In this document: positions 9,892 through 20,287 of the stretch, piece by piece
Numbering within the stretch: position 1 is the stretch's first letter
Layout: each line of letters begins with the position of its first letter
Virus record (IMG/VR): IMGVR_UViG_3300035698_018475
Location: 60,323 to 124,322 of that record
Source of the DNA: a virus
Direction: 5' to 3' (one strand)
Length of the DNA stretch: 64,000 nucleotides
Position numbers and translations under genes: made by a program
Notes under the pieces: generated by a model
Databases searched by the model: none
What the model was told of the DNA's origin: nothing
The model's input: the letters and a program-made list of their open reading frames with translations, nothing else

Positions 9892-10386
9892 ATGGGTAGA
9901 CATCAACTTTATGTATGTGAGTGGACCTTCACTCATAGGGATCTAAATGGAATACTCTCCAAGAAGACCATAAGGAATGCTTTGGTAGATCAAGGAGAGA
10001 GACTGATACTGGAAACCTTCTTCCGTGGACAGAATACTCCTACGGATTTCTTTGTAGGTCTTGCCTATGGATCTATGTCAGAATCCAGTACTCTGGATAC
10101 CATTCCTGGAGAGCCCTCCGGTAATGGTTATGCCAGAGTTACTTTGAGTAGGAATACCACGGACTTTCCTGAGATGGAACAGGATGAAGGGGATTGGGTG
10201 GTTTATACGCTGGCGAAGGTTTTCACGGCAAGTGGGGGAAGTATTGGTCCAGTTAATCTGGCTTTCATGGGGGCGAATATAGGAGATGGTACTTCCAGAC
10301 TAGTCAGTTATTTATCATTGCCGGTGGAAACTACTTTACAAGATGGGGAGACTCTTACCTTTACACTGAAGATGAAAGCGATGTAA
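9892..10386 (+). CDS. Putative baseplate / tail-fibre attachment protein
   Basis: NALVDQGE...GEPSGNGYARV...LQDGETLTFT pattern; structural context. Confidence 0.5.
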   Translation: MGRHQLYVCEWTFTHRDLNGILSKKTIRNALVDQGERLILETFFRGQNTPTDFFVGLAYGSMSESSTLDTIPGEPSGNGYARVTLSRNTTDFPEMEQDEGDWVVYTLAKVFTASGGSIGPVNLAFMGANIGDGTSRLVSYLSLPVETTLQDGETLTFTLKMKAM

Positions 10387-11697
10387 ATGAGAATAGAATT
10401 TGAGATACAGGTAGAACGGTCCAGGCAACTTGATCTATTACAACTTATTCCTGATAAGTTCCATGGTTCTGTGGTATTAAAAGATCTTATCAGAGAAGTG
10501 GGTTATCTTGTGGGAACCTGGTTGGAGAAGATAGAAGATCTTATTAAGTTGCAAGACCCTGATATAATTCAACTACGGTATCTTTATGAGTTGGGTAATC
10601 TACTGGGAGTGGAATTTCCTTATGTTAGTTCCAAATTTGAAGTCAGGGTAAGAAAAGAATTAAGGAATGTTATTGATTGGTATAGAGTAAAAGGTACATA
10701 TTCTGCACTTACCATTATTGCTAATTTGTTAGGAGTAGATGCAAATATATATGATTTTTACACCAACGATTATACAAACTTTTACGCCTCAGAATGGTTT
10801 GTGGGAGAAGCGGGGGAAAACCCTCCCGATTTTGATTCCACCTATTATAAATCTCCTCACTTTGGGTTCGAAGTCATATTGTTATATAAATTAGATACCG
10901 AGGGAGAAGGTTCCTCCGAGGGAGTCGGGCATTTGTGGACTTTTGGCAACTTCTCTGATCTAATAAGGTATTTGGATCAGGTAAGACCTGTAAATACAGT
11001 GCCTCATTTTATACTCCTCTTAGATATCGATCTGGATGAGACCACTGAATATGATTGGCCCTCTGATTGGTATGAACTATGGGCGGACGATTCCTTTGGG
11101 ACCGGTGGACCACCGGTGGTTATAGGGGATATTGTTGGTAGAACCCTGGTGGATCGTCCTGATGCTAAGATCTTTTTTGATGAAAGATTTATGGTAGAAG
11201 GGAGGAATATTAGATTCGATCAAGATGATGGTGAAGGTACGGGAGATAATCATCGGTTTGATGATTATGATACTACCTTTATGTTATCCATCAATAGTTG
11301 GACTATTGGTCAAGGAAATAAAAATGCTACTATATTAGAAAAAGCTGCGGCTTTGTTAGAAACAGATTTTGATATCGAAACTCCATATCTGTCAGGCACA
11401 AGAGCATCTTATACCACTGAGTCAGATCCTATTACTGGGAGAGCGAGATATATTTGGGTGGATGCATTGGGGGTAGATATTTTAACCCTCTCCGATTTGG
11501 AAGATAGTTGGGAGTTTGAGATTATATTAGATCCCGAAGATAGGATAGCGGGACTATCAGAGGCTGTTTTGTACATAGATGGAGAGCCTGCGGCGGGGGC
11601 ACTCTTTCCTGATATTGATAAAGATGGGGAAGGTATATATGATTGGTATACCTTTACTGGAGTACAATTACGTATTGTTTTTAGACTATATAAATAA
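10387..11697 (+). CDS. Baseplate wedge protein (P2 gpI / T4 gp7-like N-terminus)
   Basis: LYELGNLLGV...VIDWYRVKGT motif, RPVNT; acidic C-terminal region. Confidence 0.65.
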   Translation: MRIEFEIQVERSRQLDLLQLIPDKFHGSVVLKDLIREVGYLVGTWLEKIEDLIKLQDPDIIQLRYLYELGNLLGVEFPYVSSKFEVRVRKELRNVIDWYRVKGTYSALTIIANLLGVDANIYDFYTNDYTNFYASEWFVGEAGENPPDFDSTYYKSPHFGFEVILLYKLDTEGEGSSEGVGHLWTFGNFSDLIRYLDQVRPVNTVPHFILLLDIDLDETTEYDWPSDWYELWADDSFGTGGPPVVIGDIVGRTLVDRPDAKIFFDERFMVEGRNIRFDQDDGEGTGDNHRFDDYDTTFMLSINSWTIGQGNKNATILEKAAALLETDFDIETPYLSGTRASYTTESDPITGRARYIWVDALGVDILTLSDLEDSWEFEIILDPEDRIAGLSEAVLYIDGEPAAGALFPDIDKDGEGIYDWYTFTGVQLRIVFRLYK

Positions 11698-11712
11698 GTG
11701 AGGAACTAAACA

Positions 11713-12861
11713 ATGGCTGTTCCAGATCAATTATTGTCGGTGGAGTATCAGGATTATGCAGATTCTCCAGTAGTGAATAGGAGATTCCGAAACATAAGAC
11801 CTCTAGGGATTTACCATGGGGGATATATTACTTTAGAATCTGCAACCAGTATAAAAATAGGAACCCTGGATTGTGAAGTATCGTCTACTTATCTGAGTAC
11901 TATACATCAGATAAAATTAGAGACCACTACTGATACTACCATGACCGGACTTGTATCTACCCAGAGATATGTGGTTATACGATGGCAGTATGCTCCAGTC
12001 AGGGGAAGTAATGATGCTCAGATATTAGTGGTAGCCTTGGGAAATATACAGACCTATGATTTGGTAGTAGGTATACTTACTTGGAATGCAGGTGGTACTG
12101 CTATTATTGCAGTGGGTTATTATGATTCTAGTAATAAGGTAAGGCGGGACACGCCGGAACATCCTGAACAATTACTGAAAGTGGTTCCCCATCCCAGTGG
12201 TGCAAGAAATGTGATGGTCAAGTATGGTCGGGCCACTGTTGGTTCTGTCTTATACACTGTAGATGAGCAAGCAGTAGTTTGTACATCTGCCCCTGGATTT
12301 ATCTATGTAAATAGTTCCGGAAGTTTGGTATTTGAAGTTGGGGGTACTTATACTGGAAAATTAGTTCTAGCTGCAATCAGTAATGATCTTATAATTGTAT
12401 CATCTTCCATAACTGATTTGCGGAGCTTCATTTCCTTACCCAGTTCTTCCAGTAACTATGCATCAGCAACCAGTATAACTGCATTTAGTATAGCAAAAGA
12501 TACTGGTACTGGTCCGGATGGTCAGGGCTCTTTCTATGACATCCCAGTAATGTCTGTAGATATAACAACTACTGGTGGACCTTTATTAGTCATGTTTAAT
12601 GCTTCTATGGGTCAGAAGGTTAATGTTTCTAATTATGTTAGATTATTGGTCGAACGTACTTTAATAGCCAAAAAGATTTTGCGTACGGGAGAAGGATTTT
12701 CTCATCCAGATGCCAGTTTAATGGGAGTATTAGCAGTGGCTGCAGGGACTCATACAGTAAAAGCACAGGTATGGCCCAGAAATTCAGCAGTGAATAATAT
12801 TTGGGATGCTACATGGGATTATGAGAACAGGAGAAATCTTGTTGCTGTAGAGTTAGGTTAA
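11713..12861 (+). CDS. Putative tail fibre / baseplate-associated protein
   Basis: Beta-rich and Ser/Thr-rich; GIYHGG N-terminus; context. Confidence 0.5.
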   Translation: MAVPDQLLSVEYQDYADSPVVNRRFRNIRPLGIYHGGYITLESATSIKIGTLDCEVSSTYLSTIHQIKLETTTDTTMTGLVSTQRYVVIRWQYAPVRGSNDAQILVVALGNIQTYDLVVGILTWNAGGTAIIAVGYYDSSNKVRRDTPEHPEQLLKVVPHPSGARNVMVKYGRATVGSVLYTVDEQAVVCTSAPGFIYVNSSGSLVFEVGGTYTGKLVLAAISNDLIIVSSSITDLRSFISLPSSSSNYASATSITAFSIAKDTGTGPDGQGSFYDIPVMSVDITTTGGPLLVMFNASMGQKVNVSNYVRLLVERTLIAKKILRTGEGFSHPDASLMGVLAVAAGTHTVKAQVWPRNSAVNNIWDATWDYENRRNLVAVELG

Positions 12862-12863
12862 GT

Positions 12864-14027
12864 ATGGCTAATAAGAGAATGGAACTAGTGGATGAAGAGT
12901 CGTTTCCTCCCGATGGGTTTGTGGTAGGTCCCAGTCCTGGTTTAAGGTTTGATCTAGAAGATGAATTTACCATTGGTGATGAGTATATCCGTATTTATAC
13001 TGATATACTTTCAGGTCATGGTAAATATGCTATTCCTCCTTATGCAGGTAATCTCAGTATTCATGCTCTTGATGGTTCATATACAGGTCCTATCAATCAT
13101 GATGGAAGTAATACAGTAGATGTAATTGTGGTGGACTATCTTGGAAGTTTCTACGTTGGGATTACTGGTCCAGGAGCTGAAGTTTCAAAATATAATAGTG
13201 CAGGAGTTAAAGTCGCATCTTGGGGAGTTGGTGGGGATATTGCTCTTAGTAGTACAGGAATATATGTAAATCCAGATCGTTCATTGTATATTACTACATC
13301 TATTGCAGGTAGAGGAATAGAGAAGTATGATAAAGATGGCATTTTAGAATGGTCAAACGGTCTTTCATTTCCTGGATATCCAACTTCTATAGATGTGGAT
13401 GATGATCTGAATATTATAGTAGGTCTTACTACTTCAGGTGCTTCTGGTGTTCCTCTTATCAGTAAATACAGTGCAGCAGATGGATCTTTACTAGAAGTTA
13501 TAATGCTTGGGGCCTCAAGAAGTCGTATATATTGGATAAAGTATGAACTTGATGATGATAGAATGTATTGTATATTTAATCGTTATACTACTGGAGCACA
13601 TGCTTTTTGGATAAGAAGTTTGAGTGGTGGTACTAATTTGGATACCTTATCATTTGATGATATGAAACAGTGTGTGTATTTTGAAGGTTTCTTCTATGTT
13701 ACCGCTGGTAATCCTCAGACTGTACAAGGATTTTATGGTACTATATTTAAGTTAAAGGTTACGGGTGATGTTATAACCGTAGTAGCTACTTATGATACCA
13801 ATGCTTACTCCAGATCTATATGTATAGATCAGTATAAAAGAGTTTGGGTGGGGGGAAACATAGGGACTAATCCAGATGCAACAGATGCTATATTTTGGGT
13901 ATTAGATATAGATCTTAACTTTTTGTATGCAGGGTATCCTCCACTGAAGAATAATACATTCATTTCTCAGTGGCTTGCATCTATACCAACAGGAAGAGAT
14001 TATGATATAGGATTTTTACCTGGATAA
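12864..14027 (+). CDS. Beta-propeller-like virion protein (possible receptor-binding protein)
   Basis: Repeated blade-like units (VSKYNSAG, IEKYDKDG, ISKYSAADG, IDVDDD, ICIDQY). Confidence 0.5.
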   Translation: MANKRMELVDEESFPPDGFVVGPSPGLRFDLEDEFTIGDEYIRIYTDILSGHGKYAIPPYAGNLSIHALDGSYTGPINHDGSNTVDVIVVDYLGSFYVGITGPGAEVSKYNSAGVKVASWGVGGDIALSSTGIYVNPDRSLYITTSIAGRGIEKYDKDGILEWSNGLSFPGYPTSIDVDDDLNIIVGLTTSGASGVPLISKYSAADGSLLEVIMLGASRSRIYWIKYELDDDRMYCIFNRYTTGAHAFWIRSLSGGTNLDTLSFDDMKQCVYFEGFFYVTAGNPQTVQGFYGTIFKLKVTGDVITVVATYDTNAYSRSICIDQYKRVWVGGNIGTNPDATDAIFWVLDIDLNFLYAGYPPLKNNTFISQWLASIPTGRDYDIGFLPG

Positions 14028-14037
14028 GGATTGATCA

Positions 14038-14679
14038 GTGGGTGGAGCCAAAGTATTTGTAATCGGGGGTGGTCCTTCTTTAGAGCAGTTTGATCTATCT
14101 CTCCTGGAGCAGGAAGATACTATCTGTGTGAACCAGGCAGTATTTGATGTTCCTAACCCCACTTACCTTATAACCTGTGATTATACTTTCCTGCATAAGG
14201 TAGGGAGACAAAAAGTAGCTAATTCCCCTGCTAGGAAGATATTTGTAGCTCAGTTTATAGGTGATACTTTACAAGATATTGATTCTCGTATAGTGGACAC
14301 CCAGCACAATATTGTTTATGATCTATCACTTTTTGATCAGATTATAAGAGCATATACCAGATCTGGTTTGGGCCTTACCTTTAATGATTTTCGGAGTGGT
14401 GGTAATAGTGGCTATTGTGGTCTGCAATTGGCAGTACTTCTGGGTTATAGGGAAATAAGACTCCTGGGGTTCGATCTGGGTGTAAGAGGTAGGAGAACTC
14501 ATTATCATAATGTTTATAGATCTAGTCCTGAAAAATTTCAGAAAAAACTTGATGCTTATTTGAAAGAGTTTATAATTGGGATCGAACAGTTGCGGAAGGA
14601 GATGCCAGATAGAGAAGTATATTCCTCCAGTCCTTTTAGCAGATTGAATGATTATATCCCCATGAAGGAGGGCGTATAG
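14038..14679 (+). CDS. Maf/DUF115-like (MptE-like fold) putative glycosyltransferase
   Basis: VIGGGPSL, GGNSG, LLGFD motifs. Confidence 0.65.
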   Translation: MGGAKVFVIGGGPSLEQFDLSLLEQEDTICVNQAVFDVPNPTYLITCDYTFLHKVGRQKVANSPARKIFVAQFIGDTLQDIDSRIVDTQHNIVYDLSLFDQIIRAYTRSGLGLTFNDFRSGGNSGYCGLQLAVLLGYREIRLLGFDLGVRGRRTHYHNVYRSSPEKFQKKLDAYLKEFIIGIEQLRKEMPDREVYSSSPFSRLNDYIPMKEGV

Positions 14680-14691
14680 TGTTATTTAGAC

Positions 14692-14703
14692 CTCCCAGGA
14701 TCT
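14692..14703 (+). repeat. Dispersed 12-bp motif CTCCCAGGATCT, copy 1 (others at 38838-38849 on + and 59297-59308 on -)
   Basis: Three exact intergenic copies. Confidence 0.8.
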
Positions 14704-14720
14704 CCCCTAAGAGGGGATTT
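14703..14720 (+). terminator. Possible intrinsic terminator
   Basis: TCCCCT-AAG-AGGGGA hairpin followed by a short TTT. Confidence 0.35.
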
Positions 14721-14772
14721 CCCCGATTATGGAGTGCAACCCATGTATTTGCTATTATGAAGGGAATGGCTT

Positions 14773-14852
14773 ATAACTCCTTATGTTATAAGGGTTTAGA
14801 GATTGTTTTTATTATATGTTCCATAACTCGTTATTTTATAAAGGGTTAGAGA
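14773..14852 (+). repeat. Two copies of a 30-bp imperfect palindrome (ATAACTCCTTATnTTATAAGGGTTTAGAGA)
   Basis: 14773-14802 and 14823-14852; same family at 50953-50982 and 51041-51070. Confidence 0.75.
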
Positions 14853-14904
14853 AACTTTTTGATACCAAGGATTCTACTTCTGTATTGGAGTATATTATAT
14901 ACGT

Positions 14905-15585
14905 ATGGATAGTATTACCATAGTTATACCAACAAGGAATAGATATGAGAAGTTGATCAAAACTTTAGAGTCTATTCCCGATCTTTCTTATGTGAAAATC
15001 ATTGTAATTTGTGATGGTGAGGATGAGACAAGAAGATTATTGGAAAAAGAGTACATAAGATTTGCGAGAAATATGGACGTTTGGGATTTTGCTATTCAGG
15101 CAGGTGCAGTACGTTGTAGGAATCATGTTATACAACGTATAAGTGATGGAGTATTATATGCAACTGATGATATAACATTCCAGGAGGGAGCAATAGAATC
15201 TGCTTTTCACACTTTTAATAAGAACTTCCCCGATGATGATGGAGTAGTGGGATTTGTACAAATTCCAGGTTCTTTTGATCCAACAGGAGTGGCCCTAGTG
15301 GGTCAAAAGTTTCTCCACAGATACCCGGAGAAAAAGTTGTTCTTCCCTGGATATTTTCATTTTAGTTCTCAAGAAGTTCATAGATTATGCGAAAGAATTG
15401 AATATGTTCATCATGGTATAACTACTTTTGTTCAGGATAAGAATGCGGTGGTGGAGCACCTTCATCCTGGTAAGTTCAAGGATCAGATGGATCAAACTCA
15501 TTTAGATGCAAGGATCTTCCGAAGTAGAGATCTTGAATTGTCCAGAAGAAGGAAAAAGGATGCATTAGTTTGGGGTAATGTTTAA
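14905..15585 (+). CDS. GT-A fold (GT2-like) glycosyltransferase
   Basis: IVIPTRNR, ICDG, YATDD motifs. Confidence 0.8.
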   Translation: MDSITIVIPTRNRYEKLIKTLESIPDLSYVKIIVICDGEDETRRLLEKEYIRFARNMDVWDFAIQAGAVRCRNHVIQRISDGVLYATDDITFQEGAIESAFHTFNKNFPDDDGVVGFVQIPGSFDPTGVALVGQKFLHRYPEKKLFFPGYFHFSSQEVHRLCERIEYVHHGITTFVQDKNAVVEHLHPGKFKDQMDQTHLDARIFRSRDLELSRRRKKDALVWGNV

Positions 15586-15597
15586 GGAGTTTTAGTA

Positions 15598-16482
15598 GTG
15601 GGAAAACCATGTTTCTTTGCTGATGTGGGAGAATTGGGTTGGAGTCTTGACCTTTCCGCTCATATGAGATATCGAAAGTGTTTGGGTGAAGAAAGTCATG
15701 TTATGACTTACCCAGAGAGGTTCTGCCTATATGAGGGTCTTTGTGGATATTCACAAGTACCTGATTCTTTCTACTCAAATTTTAGTGAGTTGTTTCCAGA
15801 TGGCTTTGGTTTTTATGACGAGTTTGGTAGAAGAGTAAAGTTATGGGATTACTTCTCTAAATTAGTACCAGAGGGTTTTGAGATGTATCCTGGTATGAGG
15901 TTTAAGTGTGATAAGTTTTGGGTAGGGAGTTGTATATATCAATCTTATCCAGTTAAGAATCAAATAGAAGGTAAGTATATTCTGGTCTTTCCAAGGTATA
16001 GGAAGGAAGCACCTTATAATAGGCGTAATTTATCACAACAATTTTATGTAGATTTAGTGAGAGAATTATGCAGAACTTTTTCTAATACGAGAATTATTAT
16101 GGTAGGGGATAGTAGATCTTCCTATTCCTTAGGATTAGTTGGTATATGCCATAATTATGTTGATTATACAAGTGTTCGACCAGATCTGCAGAAGATGATA
16201 GATCTTTGTGGATCTGCAGTTGCAGCTATTGGTGGACAATCAGCTTTACCAAAACTATCATTGCTTCAGAAAGTCCCAACTTTTATGATAGGTCATGAAC
16301 GGGAAAGACATATAAAGGAACAAAATTGGACGAATACCGAGGTTGGTTTTTATGAAGTGGAGGAAGATGGTTATTCTGATCTTACTTTAGACAGTCATTT
16401 GTTCCATCCTGGAGTGGATCAGACTATAAGTTGTGGGGAATCTATCATCTCTTTTGTGAGGAGTTGTTTATGTCCATCTTAG
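15598..16482 (+). CDS. GT-B fold (GT9/heptosyltransferase-like) glycosyltransferase
   Basis: C-terminal ILVFPR...IIMVGD...AAIGGQSALPKLSLLQKVPT resembles the GT9 C-domain. Confidence 0.55.
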   Translation: MGKPCFFADVGELGWSLDLSAHMRYRKCLGEESHVMTYPERFCLYEGLCGYSQVPDSFYSNFSELFPDGFGFYDEFGRRVKLWDYFSKLVPEGFEMYPGMRFKCDKFWVGSCIYQSYPVKNQIEGKYILVFPRYRKEAPYNRRNLSQQFYVDLVRELCRTFSNTRIIMVGDSRSSYSLGLVGICHNYVDYTSVRPDLQKMIDLCGSAVAAIGGQSALPKLSLLQKVPTFMIGHERERHIKEQNWTNTEVGFYEVEEDGYSDLTLDSHLFHPGVDQTISCGESIISFVRSCLCPS

Positions 16483-17285
16483 GGGTATGTATTGTTACTT
16501 GTGATAGACCAAATCATCTTGAGAGTTGTATTAAGTCTATACGTAAAGGTAATTATCCTTGTAAAATTGTTGTAGTGGATAATGGGGATGTGAAGAAGGA
16601 GCAAACTTATCGTATTGTTGAAGAACTCTGTTGTACTTATCTGGAAGGGAGAAATGGAAATTCCCCTGAAGGACAGAATATAGGTTTCAATTACTTACAA
16701 ACAAATGTTGATTTTATACTTAAGTCCGATGATGATATTGAGTACAGTGGAGACTATATCAATAAGTTAATGGAACATATTTTGTTTGATCAGGGTATAT
16801 GTGCTGTGGGAGGGACTTGTTACTCAAGGCACAGGAAAGAGCGGGTGGAACTTAAAAATGGGAAGTGGTTTTGTGGGGATAAAGATGTATCTTCCCGGTT
16901 TATGTTATGGAGGGTGAGGCGGCCTCCAAATCTGGTAGATATGAGGTTCTTACATGGTGGATTTATTTATAGAGTAAAAGATGCTCTGACTTTGAGAAAA
17001 CATACCCAAAAGGTAAGGGGAGAAGGACCTTTTGGAGACTACTTTTCCAGGGTGGCTTATAGGGAGGAAACTGAATTTAGTTTTTTACTAAGAGAAATGA
17101 CTGGACAAAGATTAGTGTTAGATACTTCTGCAGAATCTTTCCACTACTATGCCAAAGGTGGAATAAGAAGATTTGATGTTAAGGCCTGTTCAAGATCAGA
17201 CGAGAAAAATATGATGAATGTTTTTGAGAGGTTAGGTAAAGTCCCAACCATATTACCACCTTTTATTGGAGTTCTAGATGAATAG
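16470..17285 (+). CDS. GT2-like glycosyltransferase
   Basis: VCIVTCDRP, VVVDNG, KSDDD, REET motifs; GAGGAG RBS before ATG 16470. Confidence 0.8.
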   Translation: MSILGVCIVTCDRPNHLESCIKSIRKGNYPCKIVVVDNGDVKKEQTYRIVEELCCTYLEGRNGNSPEGQNIGFNYLQTNVDFILKSDDDIEYSGDYINKLMEHILFDQGICAVGGTCYSRHRKERVELKNGKWFCGDKDVSSRFMLWRVRRPPNLVDMRFLHGGFIYRVKDALTLRKHTQKVRGEGPFGDYFSRVAYREETEFSFLLREMTGQRLVLDTSAESFHYYAKGGIRRFDVKACSRSDEKNMMNVFERLGKVPTILPPFIGVLDE

Positions 17286-18207
17286 AACAGTAATAGTTAG
17301 TTACGGGATTTACCCGGATAATAAAGGTGGAGCTTGTTTGTACAATCATTATCTACAAAGGATGTTCCCAGATATTAAGATATATGGATGGAATAATTTT
17401 ATTCTTAGTACGAAATATCCGGATGTTTCAGAAGTGGAAAAGGCAGCTCTTTTGAATGCTTTTTTGTGTGCTAAAGGGTATATCAGAGAAGGAGATACAA
17501 TTCTGGGAGACGGTATCTGGGGGAATTTTGGTTTAGATCTTAATAAGTATAATTTAATAAGTGTATGTCACGGGCCATGGAGTTCTGTTTGTTCCCCCAG
17601 TGATCCCAGGATAGAAAAGCAAAGATTTGGTTATATCCGATCCAAAAGAGTTATAGCTGTATCTTCCAGTGCTGTGCAGGAATGTAAAGAATCTTATGGA
17701 GTAAAAGCTCATGAGATTTTGACTGGGTTGGATACTGATTTTTGGAAACCTATTTGTGGCAAGGAGAGGAACACTGTTATCTGGGAGGCCGGGAAGTGGA
17801 ACAGTCTGAATACTTTAAGAGATGAGTGTCAAGCAAGACTAAGAGAGTTTTCTCATGTTGAAATAAGAACTTTTGATGATAAAGAAGTTCGAGAACTTTA
17901 TAGTACTGGATTTGTATATGTTCATCTTACCAAGTGGGAAGCAAATAGTTTTGCTATCTTAAAAGCACTGTCTTGTGATAGACCAGTGATTGGAAGTAAT
18001 ACTGGTTTACTGTTGTGTAAGAGTATTATGGGGAAGAACAAGTTGGGAATTCCAGTTTCTTCACCTGTGCAGAATGTAGTATTAGCTATAGAGAAGATAC
18101 ATCAGTTACAAGATACATACCATCCAAGAGATTGGATTCTTCGTAATTGTACCTTAGAGAAGTTCAAAGAGCAATGGTTACCCATACTAGACCAAGACGT
18201 GCAGTAA
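17278..18207 (+). CDS. GT4-like (GT-B) glycosyltransferase
   Basis: WEANSFAILKALSCDRPVIGSNTG resembles the GT4 signature. Confidence 0.7.
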   Translation: MNRTVIVSYGIYPDNKGGACLYNHYLQRMFPDIKIYGWNNFILSTKYPDVSEVEKAALLNAFLCAKGYIREGDTILGDGIWGNFGLDLNKYNLISVCHGPWSSVCSPSDPRIEKQRFGYIRSKRVIAVSSSAVQECKESYGVKAHEILTGLDTDFWKPICGKERNTVIWEAGKWNSLNTLRDECQARLREFSHVEIRTFDDKEVRELYSTGFVYVHLTKWEANSFAILKALSCDRPVIGSNTGLLLCKSIMGKNKLGIPVSSPVQNVVLAIEKIHQLQDTYHPRDWILRNCTLEKFKEQWLPILDQDVQ

Positions 18208-18974
18208 GAAGAAAGCAGAGAAGATCTGTTAAGAACCTCTGTTCTACCAGATCCAGATCTTCACTACTCCAGGATATGTCCAAAGTAGGAATAGGTATTT
18301 GTACTTATAACAGATTAGGACCATTGGTCAAACTGATAGATATGGTTCAATCTACCACTAAGGCCAGATTGGTTGTGGCAGATGATGGTAGTCAGGATGG
18401 GACTTCTGTTTTTCTGGGAGCCAGAAATATAGAGCACGTTACTGGGGAGAACCTGGGAGTTGCAGGTAATAAAAATAGGTTGTTCCAAGCATTGAAGAAT
18501 CACGATTTCATTTTTATATTGGAAGATGATGTTACAATTAAAATGAAAGGTTGGATAGAACCATATCTGGAGGCTCATCAAAAGACTGGTATTCATCATT
18601 TTATATTCTGTCCACCAAGAAAATATGGATCTACTGGTCAAGTTTCAGAGATAAATAATGTGCGTATAGATCATCCTAGTCAAGATGGAGGGGTATTCAG
18701 TTTTTATACTAAGCAAGTGATTGAAACTTGTGGTGGAATGGATCCTAGGTTTGTAGGTTATAGTTTTGAACATTGTGATTTCACTGAGAGAATCCACCGT
18801 GCGGGGCTTTCGGGAAGTTATGTACATAATCATCTTCCGGAGAGTGAGAGGTATATAAATTTTAATAAACTGCCTTCCACTCTGGATAAGGGGAAGAAGA
18901 AGGAGTTCCAGGATCATAACCTTGGTCTTTGGATGGACAATAGGAATAGAGGAGTAGTGAAGACCTTACTTTAA
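18174..18974 (+). CDS. GT2-like glycosyltransferase with Arg-rich N-terminal extension (alternative start ATG 18276)
   Basis: IGICTYNR, VADDGS, ILEDD, MDPRF..Y.FEHCD motifs. Confidence 0.8.
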   Translation: MVTHTRPRRAVRRKQRRSVKNLCSTRSRSSLLQDMSKVGIGICTYNRLGPLVKLIDMVQSTTKARLVVADDGSQDGTSVFLGARNIEHVTGENLGVAGNKNRLFQALKNHDFIFILEDDVTIKMKGWIEPYLEAHQKTGIHHFIFCPPRKYGSTGQVSEINNVRIDHPSQDGGVFSFYTKQVIETCGGMDPRFVGYSFEHCDFTERIHRAGLSGSYVHNHLPESERYINFNKLPSTLDKGKKKEFQDHNLGLWMDNRNRGVVKTLL

Positions 18975-18989
18975 GATGGGAGAACCAAT

Positions 18990-19283
18990 ATGTGGGAAAA
19001 GATTTGGGATACCTTAGAAGAGTTTAAGAAGGTAGTATGGTTACTATATGTGATATCTTTTGTATCTGTAATGATATTTGCATTTAAGTGTGATGGTTAT
19101 TTGCCTCTTGGTATTGTGGTATTTCTTGGTGGTTTAATATTTTGTCTTTTATTTTCTTGCCATATACTATCAGGTGATTTAGGTTATGAGGAATTCTGTA
19201 TAAAATTGGTATTATTATTTCTTTGTGCAATTGCTACTGCGGTCATTGCAGTGGTACTCGCAAGTAAGGGTAATGGGAGTTAA
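18990..19283 (+). CDS. Small membrane protein (about 3 TM segments)
   Basis: Three hydrophobic stretches in 97 aa. Confidence 0.6.
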   Translation: MWEKIWDTLEEFKKVVWLLYVISFVSVMIFAFKCDGYLPLGIVVFLGGLIFCLLFSCHILSGDLGYEEFCIKLVLLFLCAIATAVIAVVLASKGNGS

Positions 19284-19285
19284 AT

Positions 19286-20287
19286 ATGAAAGTACTTATA
19301 ACAGGAATAACCGGGTTTGTAGGAAGTCACTTGTTGGACTACCTTCTAACTATGCCATATATGGAGATTCATGGTTTTAGCCGTTGGAGGTCTCCTTTAG
19401 ACAATATCTGGCATTGTAAAGATCAGATAATGTGTAACCTTCATATGGGGGACTTACTGGATATTTGTTCTATAGAGAAGTGTATTGAGGAGGTAAAACC
19501 AGATATCATATTTCATCTGGCTGCACAGTCTTATGTTCCCTACAGTTTCACAGCACCAATATCCACCATGGAAGTTAATAGTGAGGGAACTTTTAATCTT
19601 CTTGAAGTGGTGAGACGTATTAGAGATAGATCAAATGGTAAATTTGATCCTGTGATTCATATATGTTCATCTTCTGAAGTATATGGACAGGTCAAAGAAG
19701 AAGATATTCCTATAACAGAGGACCAACTATTTAATCCTGCTTCTCCCTACGGAGTGTCCAAAGTGGCACAAGATATGTGGGCATTACAATTCTTTACTTC
19801 TTATGGGTTGAAAACTATGAGGACCAGGATGTTTACTCACACCGGTCCCAGGAGAGGTTCAGTATTTGTCTTATCTGATTTTGCTATGCAGTTGGTTCGT
19901 ATTGAAAAGCAATTACAAAAGAGAAAAGTTTATGTGGGTAATTTAGATAGCTTACGAACTTTTGCTGATGTGAGAGATGCAGTGAAGGCCTATTGGTTGT
20001 TAGTCACCAAGTGTCAGTATGGGGAAGCATATAATATAGGAGGAGAAACTACAATAACTGTAAGAGAGATGCTTATGTGGTTGATAGATGTATCTGGTCT
20101 TGTAAATATTCATATAGTAAAAGAACAAAAAAGACTCCGTCCCTCTGATGTTACTAATCAAGTTCCTTGTTCAGATAAGTTCAAAGAAGCGACTGGGTGG
20201 GAACCAGAAATTCCATTTGAAACAACTTTAATAGATACTCTTGACTATTGGAGAAAGTTATATGATGCAAAATCAGGTCCAGTGTGA
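19286..20287 (+). CDS. gmd: GDP-mannose 4,6-dehydratase family NDP-sugar dehydratase/reductase
   Basis: TGITGFVG, HLAAQSYV, SSSEVYG, YGVSK, GNLDSLRTF motifs. Confidence 0.8.
   Translation: MKVLITGITGFVGSHLLDYLLTMPYMEIHGFSRWRSPLDNIWHCKDQIMCNLHMGDLLDICSIEKCIEEVKPDIIFHLAAQSYVPYSFTAPISTMEVNSEGTFNLLEVVRRIRDRSNGKFDPVIHICSSSEVYGQVKEEDIPITEDQLFNPASPYGVSKVAQDMWALQFFTSYGLKTMRTRMFTHTGPRRGSVFVLSDFAMQLVRIEKQLQKRKVYVGNLDSLRTFADVRDAVKAYWLLVTKCQYGEAYNIGGETTITVREMLMWLIDVSGLVNIHIVKEQKRLRPSDVTNQVPCSDKFKEATGWEPEIPFETTLIDTLDYWRKLYDAKSGPV

Noticed and set aside
836-14027. Tailocin or extracellular contractile injection system instead of a phage
   Set aside because: Primase, helicases, initiator, sigma factor, DNA modification genes and an HNH endonuclease on the same contig indicate a phage genome.
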